Shown here: positions 1 through 10,789 of the stretch, one piece after another
How positions within the stretch are numbered: position 1 is the first letter of the stretch
Layout: the number at the start of each line of letters is the position of its first letter
From: Escherichia coli
GTDB taxonomy: Bacteria; Pseudomonadota; Gammaproteobacteria; Enterobacterales; Enterobacteriaceae
DNA: 64,000 bases
Strand: one strand, 5' to 3'
Assembly: GCF_041886205.1 (NCBI RefSeq)
Contig: NZ_CP169029.1
Translations under genes and position numbers: made by a program
Notes under the pieces: generated by a model
The model's input: only the letters and a program-made list of their open reading frames with translations
What the model was told of the DNA's origin: nothing
Database searches by the model: none

Positions 1-1642
1 GACCTGTTTTCGGATTACGGTAACGATTTTCTGTGCCAAAACTCCCCATTCCGTGCCCCATCTGCAGGTTATTAATGCAGCCAAAGCTGGCGTTATCAAA
101 CAGCAGAATGGTGACCTTAATTCCCTCCTGTACGGCAGTTTGCAGCTCTGAGTGCAGCATCATGTACGAACCATCGCCTACCATGGCATACACCGGCTGC
201 TGAGGTTTTGCCAGCTTCGCACCAATAGCCGCTGCGACCTCATACCCCATGCAGGAGTAACCATACTCCAGATGGTAACTGTCAGGCGTTTTAACCTGCC
301 AGAGGCGTTGCAAATCCCCTGGCAGCGATCCGGCCGCCCCCACCACAATGGCGTTATCCTCAATATGCTGGTTAATGAGCCCCAACACCCGCGTCTGGGT
401 CAGGTGTGTGTTGAGCGTTTCACCGTATTCCATTAGCTGTGCATCAAGGTGCCCTGCCACTTCGGGAACGTCGTCAGGATGCCACTGGCGTTCCCACAGT
501 CGACAGCATTCATCGTGCCAAGCGGATTTCGCATGGGCAATCGCCTCCCCCCAGCCACTACGATAATCTTTCAGTGCGTGGGTCAACGCTGTCAGACCAG
601 TTCGGGCATCGGCAATGAGCGCGGTGGCATCCAGCTTCAAGGAGTCAAACTCAGCCACGTTCAGCAGCAGGAACTCGACGTCGGGATGAGAAAAGAGCGC
701 CTTAGAGCCGGTAGTAAAATCCGTCAGGCGCGTGCCGATGCCAATCACTAAGTCAGCCTGCGGCGCAAGCTGGTTGGCAGCCATTCCGCCCGTCACGCCC
801 ACCCCGCCCAGATTAAGCGGGTGGTCACTTACCAGCGCCCCCTTACCGGCCTGGGTTTCGGCAAACGGCAATTGCAGCACTTCAACAAATTCCCGTAACG
901 CCTCATGCGCACCGGAGTAACGCACGCCACCGCCGCACACCACCAGTGGACGGCGCTTGCGGGAAATCAATGCATGAGCCTGCGCCAGTCGCTGCGGGTC
1001 AGGCGGACGGCGTTCAATATGATGCACCCGACGCGCAAAGAAACTCAGGGGGTAATCCCAGGCCTCCCCCTGCACATCCTGAGGTAGGCAAATGGTCACC
1101 GCCCCTGTATTTGCGGGGTCAGTAAGCGTTCGCATCGCACTTAACATCGCGCTCATAAGCTGTTCAGGACGGTTGATGCGGTCCCAGTAGCGGGAAACCG
1201 GGCGGAAGCAATCGTTGGTACTGATGCTGAGATCGTGATACTGCTCGATCTGCTGCAACACGGGGTCAGGCTGGCGGCAGGCGTAGATATCCCCTGGCAG
1301 TAGCAGCAGTGGAATGCGGTTCGCCGTGGCCGTCGCTGCCGCCGTCACCATATTGGCAGCGCCAGGCCCAACGGATGAGGTGACAGCAAAAATACGCTGA
1401 CGGCGATGCTGTTTGGCGAATCCCGTCGCCATATGGGCAATCCCCTGCTCGTTACAGCCTTGCATCACCTGCAGATGACCAGGATCCTGCTCCAGCGCCT
1501 GGCCGATACCGAGCACGTTACCGTGCCCAAAGATCGTTGCCACGCCCTCCACAAAGGGCGTTTCTTTACCATCAACGCTAACATATTGTTGGTTAAGAAA
1601 TCTGACCAGAGCCTGGGCCATAGTCATACGTTCGGTTTGCAT
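1..1642 (-). CDS. iolD: ThDP-dependent IolD-like enzyme (3D-(3,5/4)-trihydroxycyclohexane-1,2-dione hydrolase family); partial, 3' end lies beyond window start
   Basis: Manual minus-strand translation from ATG at 1640-1642 gives [50 protein letters not shown]..., a ThDP-enzyme N-terminal domain; SD agggggtttt upstream; start abuts iolA stop. Confidence 0.65.
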   Translation of the reverse strand, partial: MQTERMTMAQALVRFLNQQYVSVDGKETPFVEGVATIFGHGNVLGIGQALEQDPGHLQVMQGCNEQGIAHMATGFAKQHRRQRIFAVTSSVGPGAANMVTAAATATANRIPLLLLPGDIYACRQPDPVLQQIEQYHDLSISTNDCFRPVSRYWDRINRPEQLMSAMLSAMRTLTDPANTGAVTICLPQDVQGEAWDYPLSFFARRVHHIERRPPDPQRLAQAHALISRKRRPLVVCGGGVRYSGAHEALREFVEVLQLPFAETQAGKGALVSDHPLNLGGVGVTGGMAANQLAPQADLVIGIGTRLTDFTTGSKALFSHPDVEFLLLNVAEFDSLKLDATALIADARTGLTALTHALKDYRSGWGEAIAHAKSAWHDECCRLWERQWHPDDVPEVAGHLDAQLMEYGETLNTHLTQTRVLGLINQHIEDNAIVVGAAGSLPGDLQRLWQVKTPDSYHLEYGYSCMGYEVAAAIGAKLAKPQQPVYAMVGDGSYMMLHSELQTAVQEGIKVTILLFDNASFGCINNLQMGHGMGSFGTENRYRNPKTG

Positions 1643-1653
1643 AAAACCCCCTG

Positions 1654-3159
1654 TCAGCCCAGAGTCGGCATGGAGAACGCTGCACCTGTCTCCTGCTGCA
1701 TTTCCGGCCAGCGTGCAGTGATGGTTTTCATTCGGGTGTAGAAACGCACGCCATCGTTCCCGTGAACATTGAGCGCGCCAAAAATGGAACGTTTCCAGCC
1801 ACCGAAACAGTGGAATGCCATTGGCACCGGGATCGGCACGTTGACCCCCACCATACCCGCCTGCACCTCTTCACAAAAGCGGCGTGCGCAGCCACCGTCA
1901 CGGGTGAAAATGGCCGAGCCATTACCATATTCGTGTCGGTTAATCAGATCCACCGCGCTGGCGTAATCTGCTACGCGCACCACAGAAAGCACCGGTCCGA
2001 AAATTTCTTCTTTATAGATGGTCATCTCCGGGGTGACGTTATCGAACAGAGTCGGCCCAACGAAATAGCCCTGCTCGTGCCCTTTCACGCTGAGGCCACG
2101 CCCGTCCACACGCAGGTTAGCCCCCTGAGCTTCGCCACTGTCGATATAGCCCAACACTTTGCTGCGGTGTGCGGCGGAGATCAGCGGCCCCATCTCGTTT
2201 TCTGGCGTCTGGTTCAGGCCAGGTCCGACGCGCAGCGAAGCGATCTTTTTTTCCAGCCGGGCGCAGAGTTCATCAGCCGTTTTATCGCCAACCGCCACCA
2301 CCACGGAAAGCGCCATGCAGCGTTCTCCTGCCGCACCATAAGCTGCGCCCATTATGGCGTTTGTCGCCATATCCATATCGGCATCCGGCATTAAAATGCA
2401 GTGGTTTTTCGCACCGCCGAGCGCCTGACAGCGCTTACCGTGGGCGGACGCAGTCAGGTACATGTATTCGGCAATCGGTGTTGAACCGACAAAACTGACG
2501 GCCTGCACGCGCGGGTCGGTCAGGAGCACATCAACGGATTCTTTATCGCCCTGCACCACGTTGAATACGCCGTCCGGCAGGCCTGCCTCTTTCAGCAGTT
2601 TCGCCAGCGCGAGCGCCAGAGACGGATCTTTTTCCGACGGTTTCAGCACGAAGGTGTTGCCTGTCGCCAGAGCTATCGGGAACATCCACATTGGCACCAT
2701 CGCCGGGAAGTTAAACGGCGTGATCCCGGCGCAGACCCCGAGCGGCTGCATCAGTGAGTGGCTGTCGACACCTGTGCCAACGTTCGCAGAGTGTTCGCCT
2801 TTTTGCAGATGTGGGATGCCGCAGGCGAATTCTACCACTTCCAGACCACGGGTCAGTTCACCTACTGCATCTGAGAAGACCTTACCGTGTTCTTCACTGA
2901 TAATACGGGCCAGACGCACCATATTCTCTTCAAGCAACGCTTTGAAGCGGAACATCACACGCGCGCGCTTGAGTGGAGCAAAACGTGCCCACGCGGGAAA
3001 CGCCAACTGTGCTGCGGCAATCGCCTGTTCGGTTTCCTGTGCCGTACTCATCACCACCTGGCGAATCTGCTCGCCAGTGGCCGGGTTGAAGATAGCCTGA
3101 ATGCGCTGGCCTGAACCGGTGACACATTCGCCGTGAATAAAATTCGCTACCGTCTCCAT
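1654..3159 (-). CDS. iolA: CoA-acylating (methyl)malonate-semialdehyde dehydrogenase
   Basis: 501-aa ORF; ALDH-family hallmarks (VLKPSEKDP, catalytic Cys in GERCMALS); directly upstream of iolD-like gene. Confidence 0.8.
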   Translation of the reverse strand: METVANFIHGECVTGSGQRIQAIFNPATGEQIRQVVMSTAQETEQAIAAAQLAFPAWARFAPLKRARVMFRFKALLEENMVRLARIISEEHGKVFSDAVGELTRGLEVVEFACGIPHLQKGEHSANVGTGVDSHSLMQPLGVCAGITPFNFPAMVPMWMFPIALATGNTFVLKPSEKDPSLALALAKLLKEAGLPDGVFNVVQGDKESVDVLLTDPRVQAVSFVGSTPIAEYMYLTASAHGKRCQALGGAKNHCILMPDADMDMATNAIMGAAYGAAGERCMALSVVVAVGDKTADELCARLEKKIASLRVGPGLNQTPENEMGPLISAAHRSKVLGYIDSGEAQGANLRVDGRGLSVKGHEQGYFVGPTLFDNVTPEMTIYKEEIFGPVLSVVRVADYASAVDLINRHEYGNGSAIFTRDGGCARRFCEEVQAGMVGVNVPIPVPMAFHCFGGWKRSIFGALNVHGNDGVRFYTRMKTITARWPEMQQETGAAFSMPTLG

Positions 3160-3449
3160 CCTTAACCTCTCGCTGTTGATACGTGACTGTTACCTGAACG
3201 TTATGTACTGAACACTATATATGAAACAAATATTCCATTTTAAGTTGAAATAAAATAAATAATGATTATTGTGATCAAGGATGGATTTTTATGTGAACAG
3301 CCAGCATCACTGACTCAGCCTGAGCTATTAGGAGTTTCGGGCGAGGAAATGACTGAAGCTTCTGTTTCATTTTTGCTGCCAGGTGGATGGCCAACATTTA
3401 AAAGACGCGGTTTTGCGTTTAGAATCATGAGACTGGATAGGGGGATAAC

Positions 3450-4310
3450 ATGACGACAGCAACCAGCCTGAACGAACTACAAAAGCAAATCCGCGATCGC
3501 TACGATAGCCTGAGCAAAAGGCTGCAGCAGGTCTCCCGCTATGTACTGGATAATACGAACAGTGTCGCGTTTGATACGGTTGCGGTCATAGCCGAACGTG
3601 CCGATGTTCCACCCTCTACACTGATTCGTTTTGCCAATGCCTTTGACTTCACCGGCTTCAACGAAATGAAACAGTTATTTCGTATGCACCTGGTGGAGGA
3701 AACCGCCAGCTACAGCGATCGTGCGCGACTGTTCCGCGAAATGGAGAGCGAAGCCGTACCTGAAACGCCGCTCGATATTTTGCAGGAGTTCGCCAGTTCG
3801 AACTCGCAGGCGCTGCAGCAGTTGGCTGCCCGCGCCGAACCGGAGATGCTGGAGCACGCCGTACAACTACTGGCCTACGCCGACACCATTTACATCGCCG
3901 GATTACGCAGATCCTTTAGCATTGCTGCTTATCTTACCTATGCTTTAAGCCACCTAGAGTGCCGCCCTATTCTGCTTGACGGGATGGGCGGCATGCTGCG
4001 CGAACAGATCAGCCGTATTAAGGCGTGCGACATTGTGGTGTCGATCAGTTTCTCGCCGTACGCGGAAGAAACGGTGATGGTCAGCAAAACCGCCGCCAGC
4101 GTCGGCGCTCGGCAGATTGTGATTACGGATAGCCAGATCAGCCCACTGGCAACGTTCAGTGATCTCTGCTTTGTGGTGAAAGAGGCTCAGGTGGACGCAT
4201 TTCGGTCTCAGTCGGCAACATTGTGTCTGGTGCAGTCGTTAGTGGTCGCGCTAGCTTACCGTTTAGGAGATAAAAAACATAATAATACCCAGGAAAACAG
4301 TAACCAATAA
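3450..4310 (+). CDS. RpiR/MurR-family transcriptional regulator (IolR-like repressor candidate)
   Basis: 286-aa ORF, N-terminal HTH and C-terminal SIS-type sugar-phosphate-binding region; divergent from the iol catabolic genes. Confidence 0.75.
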   Translation: MTTATSLNELQKQIRDRYDSLSKRLQQVSRYVLDNTNSVAFDTVAVIAERADVPPSTLIRFANAFDFTGFNEMKQLFRMHLVEETASYSDRARLFREMESEAVPETPLDILQEFASSNSQALQQLAARAEPEMLEHAVQLLAYADTIYIAGLRRSFSIAAYLTYALSHLECRPILLDGMGGMLREQISRIKACDIVVSISFSPYAEETVMVSKTAASVGARQIVITDSQISPLATFSDLCFVVKEAQVDAFRSQSATLCLVQSLVVALAYRLGDKKHNNTQENSNQ

Positions 4311-4505
4311 TAACCAATGAACTCCTCCCCCGAGTCCATATAAGAGTAAATGATTCGGTGCCAGTAGCGATACAGACTTCAGATTGAATATCAACTGTAC
4401 TGCTATCTCCCTAAAAGGTCATGCCCCATGTGAGCGTACAACGAGAGCCTTAATCCTTAATAGCGAAGAAGATTTCTCTAGTAGGTGGTAATGTAACCCA
4501 GATAT

Positions 4506-4898
4506 AACGGCTTCTTTAAACAGTTTATTTACCATCGTTTTCTTACCTAGCAGGCGCTGAAGTTCTTTAATTTTATTCATGGCGGCAGCAAGTTCAGAGG
4601 CCGGAATACCCTGTTCTTCGGCTGTCACAGTAGTGAAGCTTCCTTCAAGGTAATGATACGCCAGAGAAATAACTGGCTGGCAGCCACACCGTGTTGCCGG
4701 GCAACAAGGGAGACCGTCATTCCCGGTTCAAAACTCTGCTGAACAATAGCGATCTTTTCCTGTGTAGTACGCCGTCTGCGTTTCTCCGGTCCTAAGACAT
4801 CAATCATCTGCTCTCCAATGACTAGTCTAAAAACTAGTATTAAGACTATCACTTATTTAAGTGATACTGGTTGTCTGGAGATTCAGGGGGCCAGTCTA
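4506..4898 (-). mobile_element. insC: IS2 remnant (IRL plus degenerate, frameshifted insC/orfA; insD deleted)
   Basis: Reverse complement of 4869-4898 reads TAGACTGGCCCCCTGAATCTCCAGACAACC (IS2 left IR); ORFs 4625..4852 and 4419..4628 together match IS2 InsC ([49 protein letters not shown]... [23 protein letters not shown]) with a frameshift; similarity stops near 4506. Confidence 0.75.
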
Positions 4899-4900
4899 TA

Positions 4901-5115
4901 CACTACCTCAGGTAGATGATGAGATCAGATACAGGGATCAACTGACGGTGAGCGCAGGCCCGCGAGTGCCCTGATTTAGCGCTGGTTTTGCTTTCCCATC
5001 GAAGGGCCCATACATCATCACGCCCGCGAAACAGTCGACAAAATAACGCAACTTTCTCATCCGTGGATAATACGGAAACGCACTGCACAGGACTCTGCGG
5101 TTTACGTCACCATTC
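4901..5115 (-). pseudogene. N-terminal fragment of an unidentified island gene, cut off at the IS2 end
   Basis: Minus-strand ORF ...VQCVSVLSTDEKVALFCRLFRGRDDVWALRWESKTSAKSGHSRAC... ends with a stop 3 nt before the IS2 IRL; second frame ORF 4938..5132 overlaps. Confidence 0.3.
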
Positions 5116-5328
5116 AATCCCATAAGCTTCAAGTTATGTTTGCCCTCAGTGCAGCTAATTCATCACTGTCAGATTTATGAACCATAGTCGTTACCTGTAT
5201 CCGATCCACTGAGGCACCACGGCAGAAATTCGGGTCCCCTACACTGATGACAAAGCCGCCCTCTTCTGCCTATTAACTCAAGCACCTCCCAACAACTTAC
5301 AGAAACTTAATCCTAATACAACTGTAAT

Positions 5329-5892
5329 TCAGTTGTGTCGTGGTCGGCCGCGGTTGCTTTTTTCGGGAAGCCTGCTACGGCCCAGAATAATACCGTGTTC
5401 TTTCTGATCCTGTTTAGCCAGATAGCTAAGGGCGTAACGTAAGTTGTCTACCGCGGACTTATCACTATAGTGCATCACGTGATCGATACGCACCGGGTAT
5501 TTGTCTTTAGCCCGGCAAAGGTGAAAGTAACCCTCCCCTTCCGTGATCTGCCTCCAGATATCTCCCAGTTGCCTGGATATCTGATAAGAGTTCTTGTGAC
5601 GTTGCCCATCCAGGTAGCCGACAAAATGAATATGAAGCCCTTTGTTTTGTGTATATTCCATTACCCAGTAATATCCCGCCAACATCGATTGGGTTTCGCT
5701 AAGTAAGCGGTATATTTCCATACACATACTGTGCTTACAGCCATGACCAAAACTGGGCGTGTCTTTCCTGTAGGCAAAATCAATTCTGAAAGGTAACAGT
5801 TTAGAAAAACGTTGAAACAGACCTTCCATGTGTTCATTCACGTCTTTCAGAATCATGAAGTCCATTTCGTAATTGGGATTAGCATTATACAT
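5329..5892 (-). CDS. YagK/YfjJ-family (inovirus Gp2-like) cryptic-prophage protein
   Basis: 187-aa ORF in same orientation as alpA and the split gene, matching CP4-57-type gene order (alpA - yfjI-like - yfjJ-like); family assignment from recalled sequence similarity only. Confidence 0.4.
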   Translation of the reverse strand: MYNANPNYEMDFMILKDVNEHMEGLFQRFSKLLPFRIDFAYRKDTPSFGHGCKHSMCMEIYRLLSETQSMLAGYYWVMEYTQNKGLHIHFVGYLDGQRHKNSYQISRQLGDIWRQITEGEGYFHLCRAKDKYPVRIDHVMHYSDKSAVDNLRYALSYLAKQDQKEHGIILGRSRLPEKSNRGRPRHN

Positions 5893-6858
5893 TTTATAGT
5901 CCTTACTTTATAAAACTGACAGGAAAGTGGAATTACATAAATACTGAGAGTACAGAAACGCCGTACCGCGGCATTAATAAACGAGGTAACCAGCAGCACA
6001 GACAACCTGATAAAACTGTTTCGTATTACCTCATTACAGTAATAGGGTAATGATTCAGAATACAGTAAGACTCTCTTAAACTGAGGACCAGAACGAATTA
6101 CAATAAAAAACACACCTCATATAATTGAGTTTAAGAAAGCACCATTCAATTACTTACAGGAAATAATCTGATCTTCACAAAAGTCAGCATTGAATAGCCA
6201 CAGGCAACATCGCTATTAGTATTGCCGTACCATTAAGTAAAAACAGAGACTCTGCAGAGAGAGCCTACAGATATTTAATCTCACAATAAGAAGATTATTT
6301 CATACAGAAAAGATTATATTTACCCATAAACTGTAACGGAGCTATAACGTACGAACTAAAGACAATATACTCTAATAGTGTTCTGGTACGTAACTAGTAT
6401 TAAATACAAACCAGACATACATTCAGTGGATTAACTTTCTCAATATTACGCTATAAGTGTAGTAACATAATTTACACATAACTAAACTCCATACACCACC
6501 ACACTGTAGTGTATGGAGATATATGTATTACGCACATACAGAATACTTAGCATAAAGAGGAGTGATATTACGATAGAAAGAGATAAGACAACATAACAGA
6601 TAACATAACTCCCATTAATAATACTAATTAACCTAAATTATTTATTGAACACGAAAACAATGAAGGCCCCACCTCACCTCAGACTAAAGCCGACAATATC
6701 CTGAGCAACACTCTATCCAATAGTAAATAGTGGTTACACCAGTTATATTTACTGACTGACCTGTACCAGAGTTTTCTAATACAACGCTGACATGGTAAAG
6801 ACATTAGTCTCCTCCGCAAGTAGCAGAGGAGACTATATGTACTCAACGATTAAGTCGT

Positions 6859-7191
6859 TCAGAGGTCAAAGTTAGGTGCGACACACAACGTTTTTCCCTC
6901 AATAACCGGTACAACTCTGTTTTGTTCATACAGTAAATCCAGTAACCAGTTGATTTTATCCTTTTTCCGGAAACGGTTCGGACCACGCTGTAAAATGTCA
7001 TTTTTTTTCATACAGAGGATCCCCTTCTCAATACAATAGCTTTTTATCCAGTTGAAAAGTTCAAGCTCCTCTGGAATGAGTCGCACAGGTACGGTCAGGG
7101 CAGAGTTGTCAAAAGTTAACGGATTAGACAACCGCACATACTCATTACCGTACCATATTGCTAATTCTCTCGCCATTTCTGCAGTGTAAGG
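6859..7191 (-). pseudogene. C-terminal part of island gene split by IS186 (YfjI/DUF3987-like, putative replication-associated)
   Basis: ORF 6859..7176 is in frame with ORF 8530..9660 once IS186 and one TSD copy are removed. Confidence 0.6.
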
Positions 7192-7202
7192 GGAAATATC
7201 CC

Positions 7203-8541
7203 CATAAGCGCTAACTTAAGGGTTGTGGTATTACGCCTGATATGATTTAACGTGCCGATGAATTACTCTCACGATAACTGGTCAGCAATTCTGGCCCATA
7301 TTGGTAAGCCCGAAGAACTGGATACTTCGGCACGTAATGCCGGGGCTCTAACCCGCCGCCGCGAAATTCGTGATGCTGCAACTCTGCTACGTCTGGGGCT
7401 GGCTTACGGCCCCGGGGGGATGTCATTACGTGAAGTCACTGCATGGGCTCAGCTCCATGACGTTGCAACATTATCTGACGTGGCTCTCCTGAAGCGGCTG
7501 CGGAATGCCGCCGACTGGTTTGGCATACTTGCCGCACAAACACTTGCTGTACGCGCCGCAGTTACGGGTTGTACAAGCGGAAAGAGATTGCGTCTTGTCG
7601 ATGGAACAGCAATCAGTGCGCCCGGGGGCGGCAGCGCTGAATGGCGACTACATATGGGATATGATCCTCATACCTGTCAGTTCACTGATTTTGAGCTAAC
7701 CGACAGCAGAGACGCTGAACGGCTGGACCGATTTGCGCAAACGGCAGACGAGATACGCATTGCTGACCGGGGATTCGGTTCGCGTCCCGAATGTATCCGC
7801 TCACTTGCTTTTGGAGAAGCTGATTATATCGTCCGGGTTCACTGGCGAGGATTGCGCTGGTTAACTGCAGAAGGAATGCGCTTTGACATGATGGGTTTTC
7901 TGCGCGGGCTGGATTGCGGTAAGAACGGTGAAACCACTGTAATGATAGGCAATTCAGGTAATAAAAAAGCCGGAGCTCCCTTTCCGGCACGTCTCATTGC
8001 CGTATCACTTCCTCCCGAAAAAGCATTAATCAGTAAAACCCGACTGCTCAGCGAGAATCGTCGAAAAGGACGAGTAGTTCAGGCGGAAACGCTGGAAGCA
8101 GCGGGCCATGTGCTATTGCTAACATCATTACCGGAAGATGAATATTCAGCAGAGCAAGTGGCTGATTGTTACCGTCTGCGATGGCAAATTGAACTGGCTT
8201 TTAAGCGGCTCAAAAGTTTGCTGCACCTGGATGCTTTGCGTGCAAAGGAACCTGAACTCGCGAAAGCGTGGATATTTGCTAATCTACTCGCCGCATTTTT
8301 AATTGACGACATAATCCAGCCATCGCTGGATTTCCCCCCCAGAAGTGCCGGATCCGAAAAGAAGAACTAACTCGTTGTGGAGAATAACAAAAATGGTCAT
8401 CTGGAGCTTACAGGTGGCCATTCGTGGGACAGTATCCCTGACAGCCTACAAAACGCAATTGAAGAACGCGAGGCATCGTCTTAACGAGGCACCGAGGCGT
8501 CGCATTCTTCAGATGGTTCAACCCTTAAGTTAGCGCTTATG
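7203..8541 (+). mobile_element. IS186 (IS4 family), complete 1339-bp copy
   Basis: 23-bp terminal inverted repeats CATAAGCGCTAACTTAAGGGTTG at 7203-7225 and 8519-8541 (rc); flanked by 11-bp direct duplication GGAAATATCCC at 7192-7202 and 8542-8552 in a GGGG-N6-CCCC target. Confidence 0.85.
7252..8370 (+). CDS. insL: IS186 transposase (DDE, IS4 family)
   Basis: 372-aa ORF with C-terminal YRLRWQIELAFKRLK motif typical of IS4-family transposases; lies between the IS186 inverted repeats. Confidence 0.85.
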   Translation: MPMNYSHDNWSAILAHIGKPEELDTSARNAGALTRRREIRDAATLLRLGLAYGPGGMSLREVTAWAQLHDVATLSDVALLKRLRNAADWFGILAAQTLAVRAAVTGCTSGKRLRLVDGTAISAPGGGSAEWRLHMGYDPHTCQFTDFELTDSRDAERLDRFAQTADEIRIADRGFGSRPECIRSLAFGEADYIVRVHWRGLRWLTAEGMRFDMMGFLRGLDCGKNGETTVMIGNSGNKKAGAPFPARLIAVSLPPEKALISKTRLLSENRRKGRVVQAETLEAAGHVLLLTSLPEDEYSAEQVADCYRLRWQIELAFKRLKSLLHLDALRAKEPELAKAWIFANLLAAFLIDDIIQPSLDFPPRSAGSEKKN

Positions 8542-9660
8542 GGAAATATCCCCCTCTTCACCGCTCGAATGGTAAATAAGTCCTGCCAGTCTTGCCATAT
8601 ACTCTGCATTTTTAGCAGCATATTCCCGGCAATGTCTTAAAGGCCCCAATCCCCCCAGCTTCGATTCCACATCATTGTAATAATCCGTCCAGATTCTGGC
8701 AGCCTGAGGAGAAAAGTGAAGGCAACGTCGTTCACCACTCATCGCCAGACTTTCATCAATAAGCTCATTGATCCTCTCTTCAAACAAATCCTGATACTGT
8801 GATGAATAATTATCTCCGGTTATTATCCTTGTCCCCTGCGTTGATGTTGGTTGACACATCAAAAACCTTGCATGATGTCCTGACGTTTTCACAATTTCTT
8901 TTTTTCGCGTACAAAAACCTTTGTGGTAAACATCAGGCTGAATCATCACCGATATCGTCAGTCTTGGCTCCTTCAAATTAATTCCGGGAGATGATTTCCT
9001 GTCGATGAAAAGAGAACCTCCATCCCACAAAGTGTTAATAATTCCCAGTTTACTCATGGCCCGGCTGTCAAAAATTACCCCCCCTTCACTGGATACAAGA
9101 GCAAAAGAGCGATTGCTGTCGGAATAATATTTTAACATTCCCTCTATCGTTGTCTCATTAAAAATTGTTCGACGTATCTGCGGCGGAACAGGAGGTTTAT
9201 TCAGATGCGTTTCAAGCTCTGATTCTGTTGCCTTGTAATCTTTACCGGCACGAATCTCTTTATGAAATTTTGATTCCAGCGCTTTTTGTTTTTGCTCCCA
9301 TATTTCCTTTTCTGTACTGTAATTCTCAACCAGTTTCGCGTATTCTTCCGCCAGGGCTTCATCCCTGAGATAAAATGCTTTCATAAACACTTTATCCACG
9401 GTCGTTTTCCTTTCACCGGAATCAGCCAGAATCAGAGAGTAAAGATTAACAGGCCCATGTAAATTTCCAGGTCTGCACACGTCAATCTGATTCTGACAGG
9501 CAATTGAGATCGCTGTTAATGCGGATGTTGCCACCATAGCCAAAGGTGCCTGTGTATTTTTTTGAGTTTCAATTATTGCATTTCTCACCAGCGGTGGTAG
9601 TGCATATATCGGATAAGGATTTTCTGGTGCAAGTAAGCACATAAAAGCCTCTCTTTTCAT
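8542..9660 (-). pseudogene. N-terminal part of island gene split by IS186 (YfjI/DUF3987-like); as-is ORF reads into the IS to a stop at 8530
   Basis: 376-aa ORF 8530..9660; last codons (EEGDISHKR) are encoded by TSD and IS186 IR; reconstructed uninterrupted gene would be 483 aa. Confidence 0.6.
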
Positions 9661-9674
9661 TAATGGGTTAGTAA

Positions 9675-9717
9675 AATAGCAGCAAATCCCGCTACAATAG
9701 CGAAAATAGCTGCTATT
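9675..9717 (-). promoter_or_regulatory. Nested palindrome (AATAGCAGC-N24-GCTGCTATT with inner CGCTA-CAA-TAGCG) in leader of the split gene; candidate operator
   Basis: Seen directly, 15-57 nt upstream of start codon at 9660; repeated in the duplicated copy at 10141-10180. Confidence 0.4.
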
Positions 9718-9860
9718 CAGACCTGATGCTCTGAGAAATACAGAGCATTTGTAGATCTGATGTTTAATAAACCGATAAGGTTAATTCAGTGAAGACTGTA
9801 TTATTCACCACGAAATATCATTCATATTTCTCATTCTTAATACCTCCAGAAATTATTTCA

Positions 9861-10190
9861 CTAATACCTTTCCCCCGGTCTTTTCCCTTTCTCCAGAACC
9901 ATAGTGTAAATATTAACGGCCCCACGTAAATTTCCGGGACTGCATACGTCAACCTGATTCTGACAGGCAATTGACATCGCTGTTAATACTGACATTGCAA
10001 CCAGAGTCAGAGGTACTTGTTTATTGTATTGAGCTTTAATTATTGCCTTCCCTATCATTGATGGTCATGCATATACTGAATACGGCATATCCGGTTTGAT
10101 GTAAGACATAAATGCTTCCTTTTTCGTAATACGTTTCGGTTATAGCAGCAATTACCGCTACAATAGCGACAATAGCTGCTCTTTCAACAA
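9861..10190 (-). repeat. Partial tandem duplication of the 5' end and leader of the split island gene (truncated paralogous ORF 9861..10058)
   Basis: 9861-10190 aligns to 9380-9730 at roughly 85% identity by eye; ORF 9861..10058 (MIGKAIIKAQYNKQVPLTLVAMSVLTAMSIACQNQVDVCSPGNL...) parallels the N-terminus of ORF 8530..9660. Confidence 0.6.
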
Positions 10191-10284
10191 TGAATGCTGG
10201 AAATTCTGTTTATCAATTAAACTTCTGGATAAATTGTTCTTATGCTTCTTTTTCCTCCTGAGGTGATCACGTGATGACAAAAAC

Positions 10285-10593
10285 TTATCTGCTCATGGTC
10301 ATATCTGAAGAAAGCGTATGTCGCACTTCGTCATTAACACCTTTGACTGCTGATCTGGCAGGTACAGTATGTAAAGTAAGCCATTCGTCAATAGCTGATG
10401 AACGCCAGCCCACAGAACCACTACCAAGACGTACCGGCCTGGGGAAGGTTGCATCGTAGTATTTCGATAACGGATTCATTTTTTCGTAAATTGTCGAACG
10501 AGATATACCTAACAATTGGCTCAGTTCAGGCATCCGTAAGATGCGTGAAGGAGTCCAGCAGTATCCGGATTGATCTGGCATTTTATCCCCCAT
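10285..10593 (-). CDS. alpA: AlpA-family phage/island HTH regulator (start codon uncertain; alternatives at 10581 or 10665)
   Basis: Contains ILRMPELSQLLGISRSTIYEKMNP...YDATFPRPVRLGSGSVGWRSSAIDEWL, matching the AlpA signature (YDATFP...SVGW...EIDEWL). Confidence 0.6.
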   Translation of the reverse strand: MGDKMPDQSGYCWTPSRILRMPELSQLLGISRSTIYEKMNPLSKYYDATFPRPVRLGSGSVGWRSSAIDEWLTLHTVPARSAVKGVNDEVRHTLSSDMTMSR

Positions 10594-10789
10594 AGTGTGG
10601 TGAACTGTCGTTACAGTTTGTATTCCCCGGGTAAATTTGTCTGCGTAAAAAAATGGGCTGAGCAAAAAGACAATAAATAATTAAAAATCAATACGATAGA
10701 AAACAACAGCATTATTGTTATTTTACTTTCACCTTATCGCTGTCGATTCTCATTATCATTCATTGGTAAAAAACAGCAAAAGAGGCCCT

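Noticed and set aside
3262-3453. 63-aa ORF upstream of the RpiR regulator
   Set aside because: Lies in the divergent promoter region, overlaps the regulator start, no RBS; likely chance ORF.
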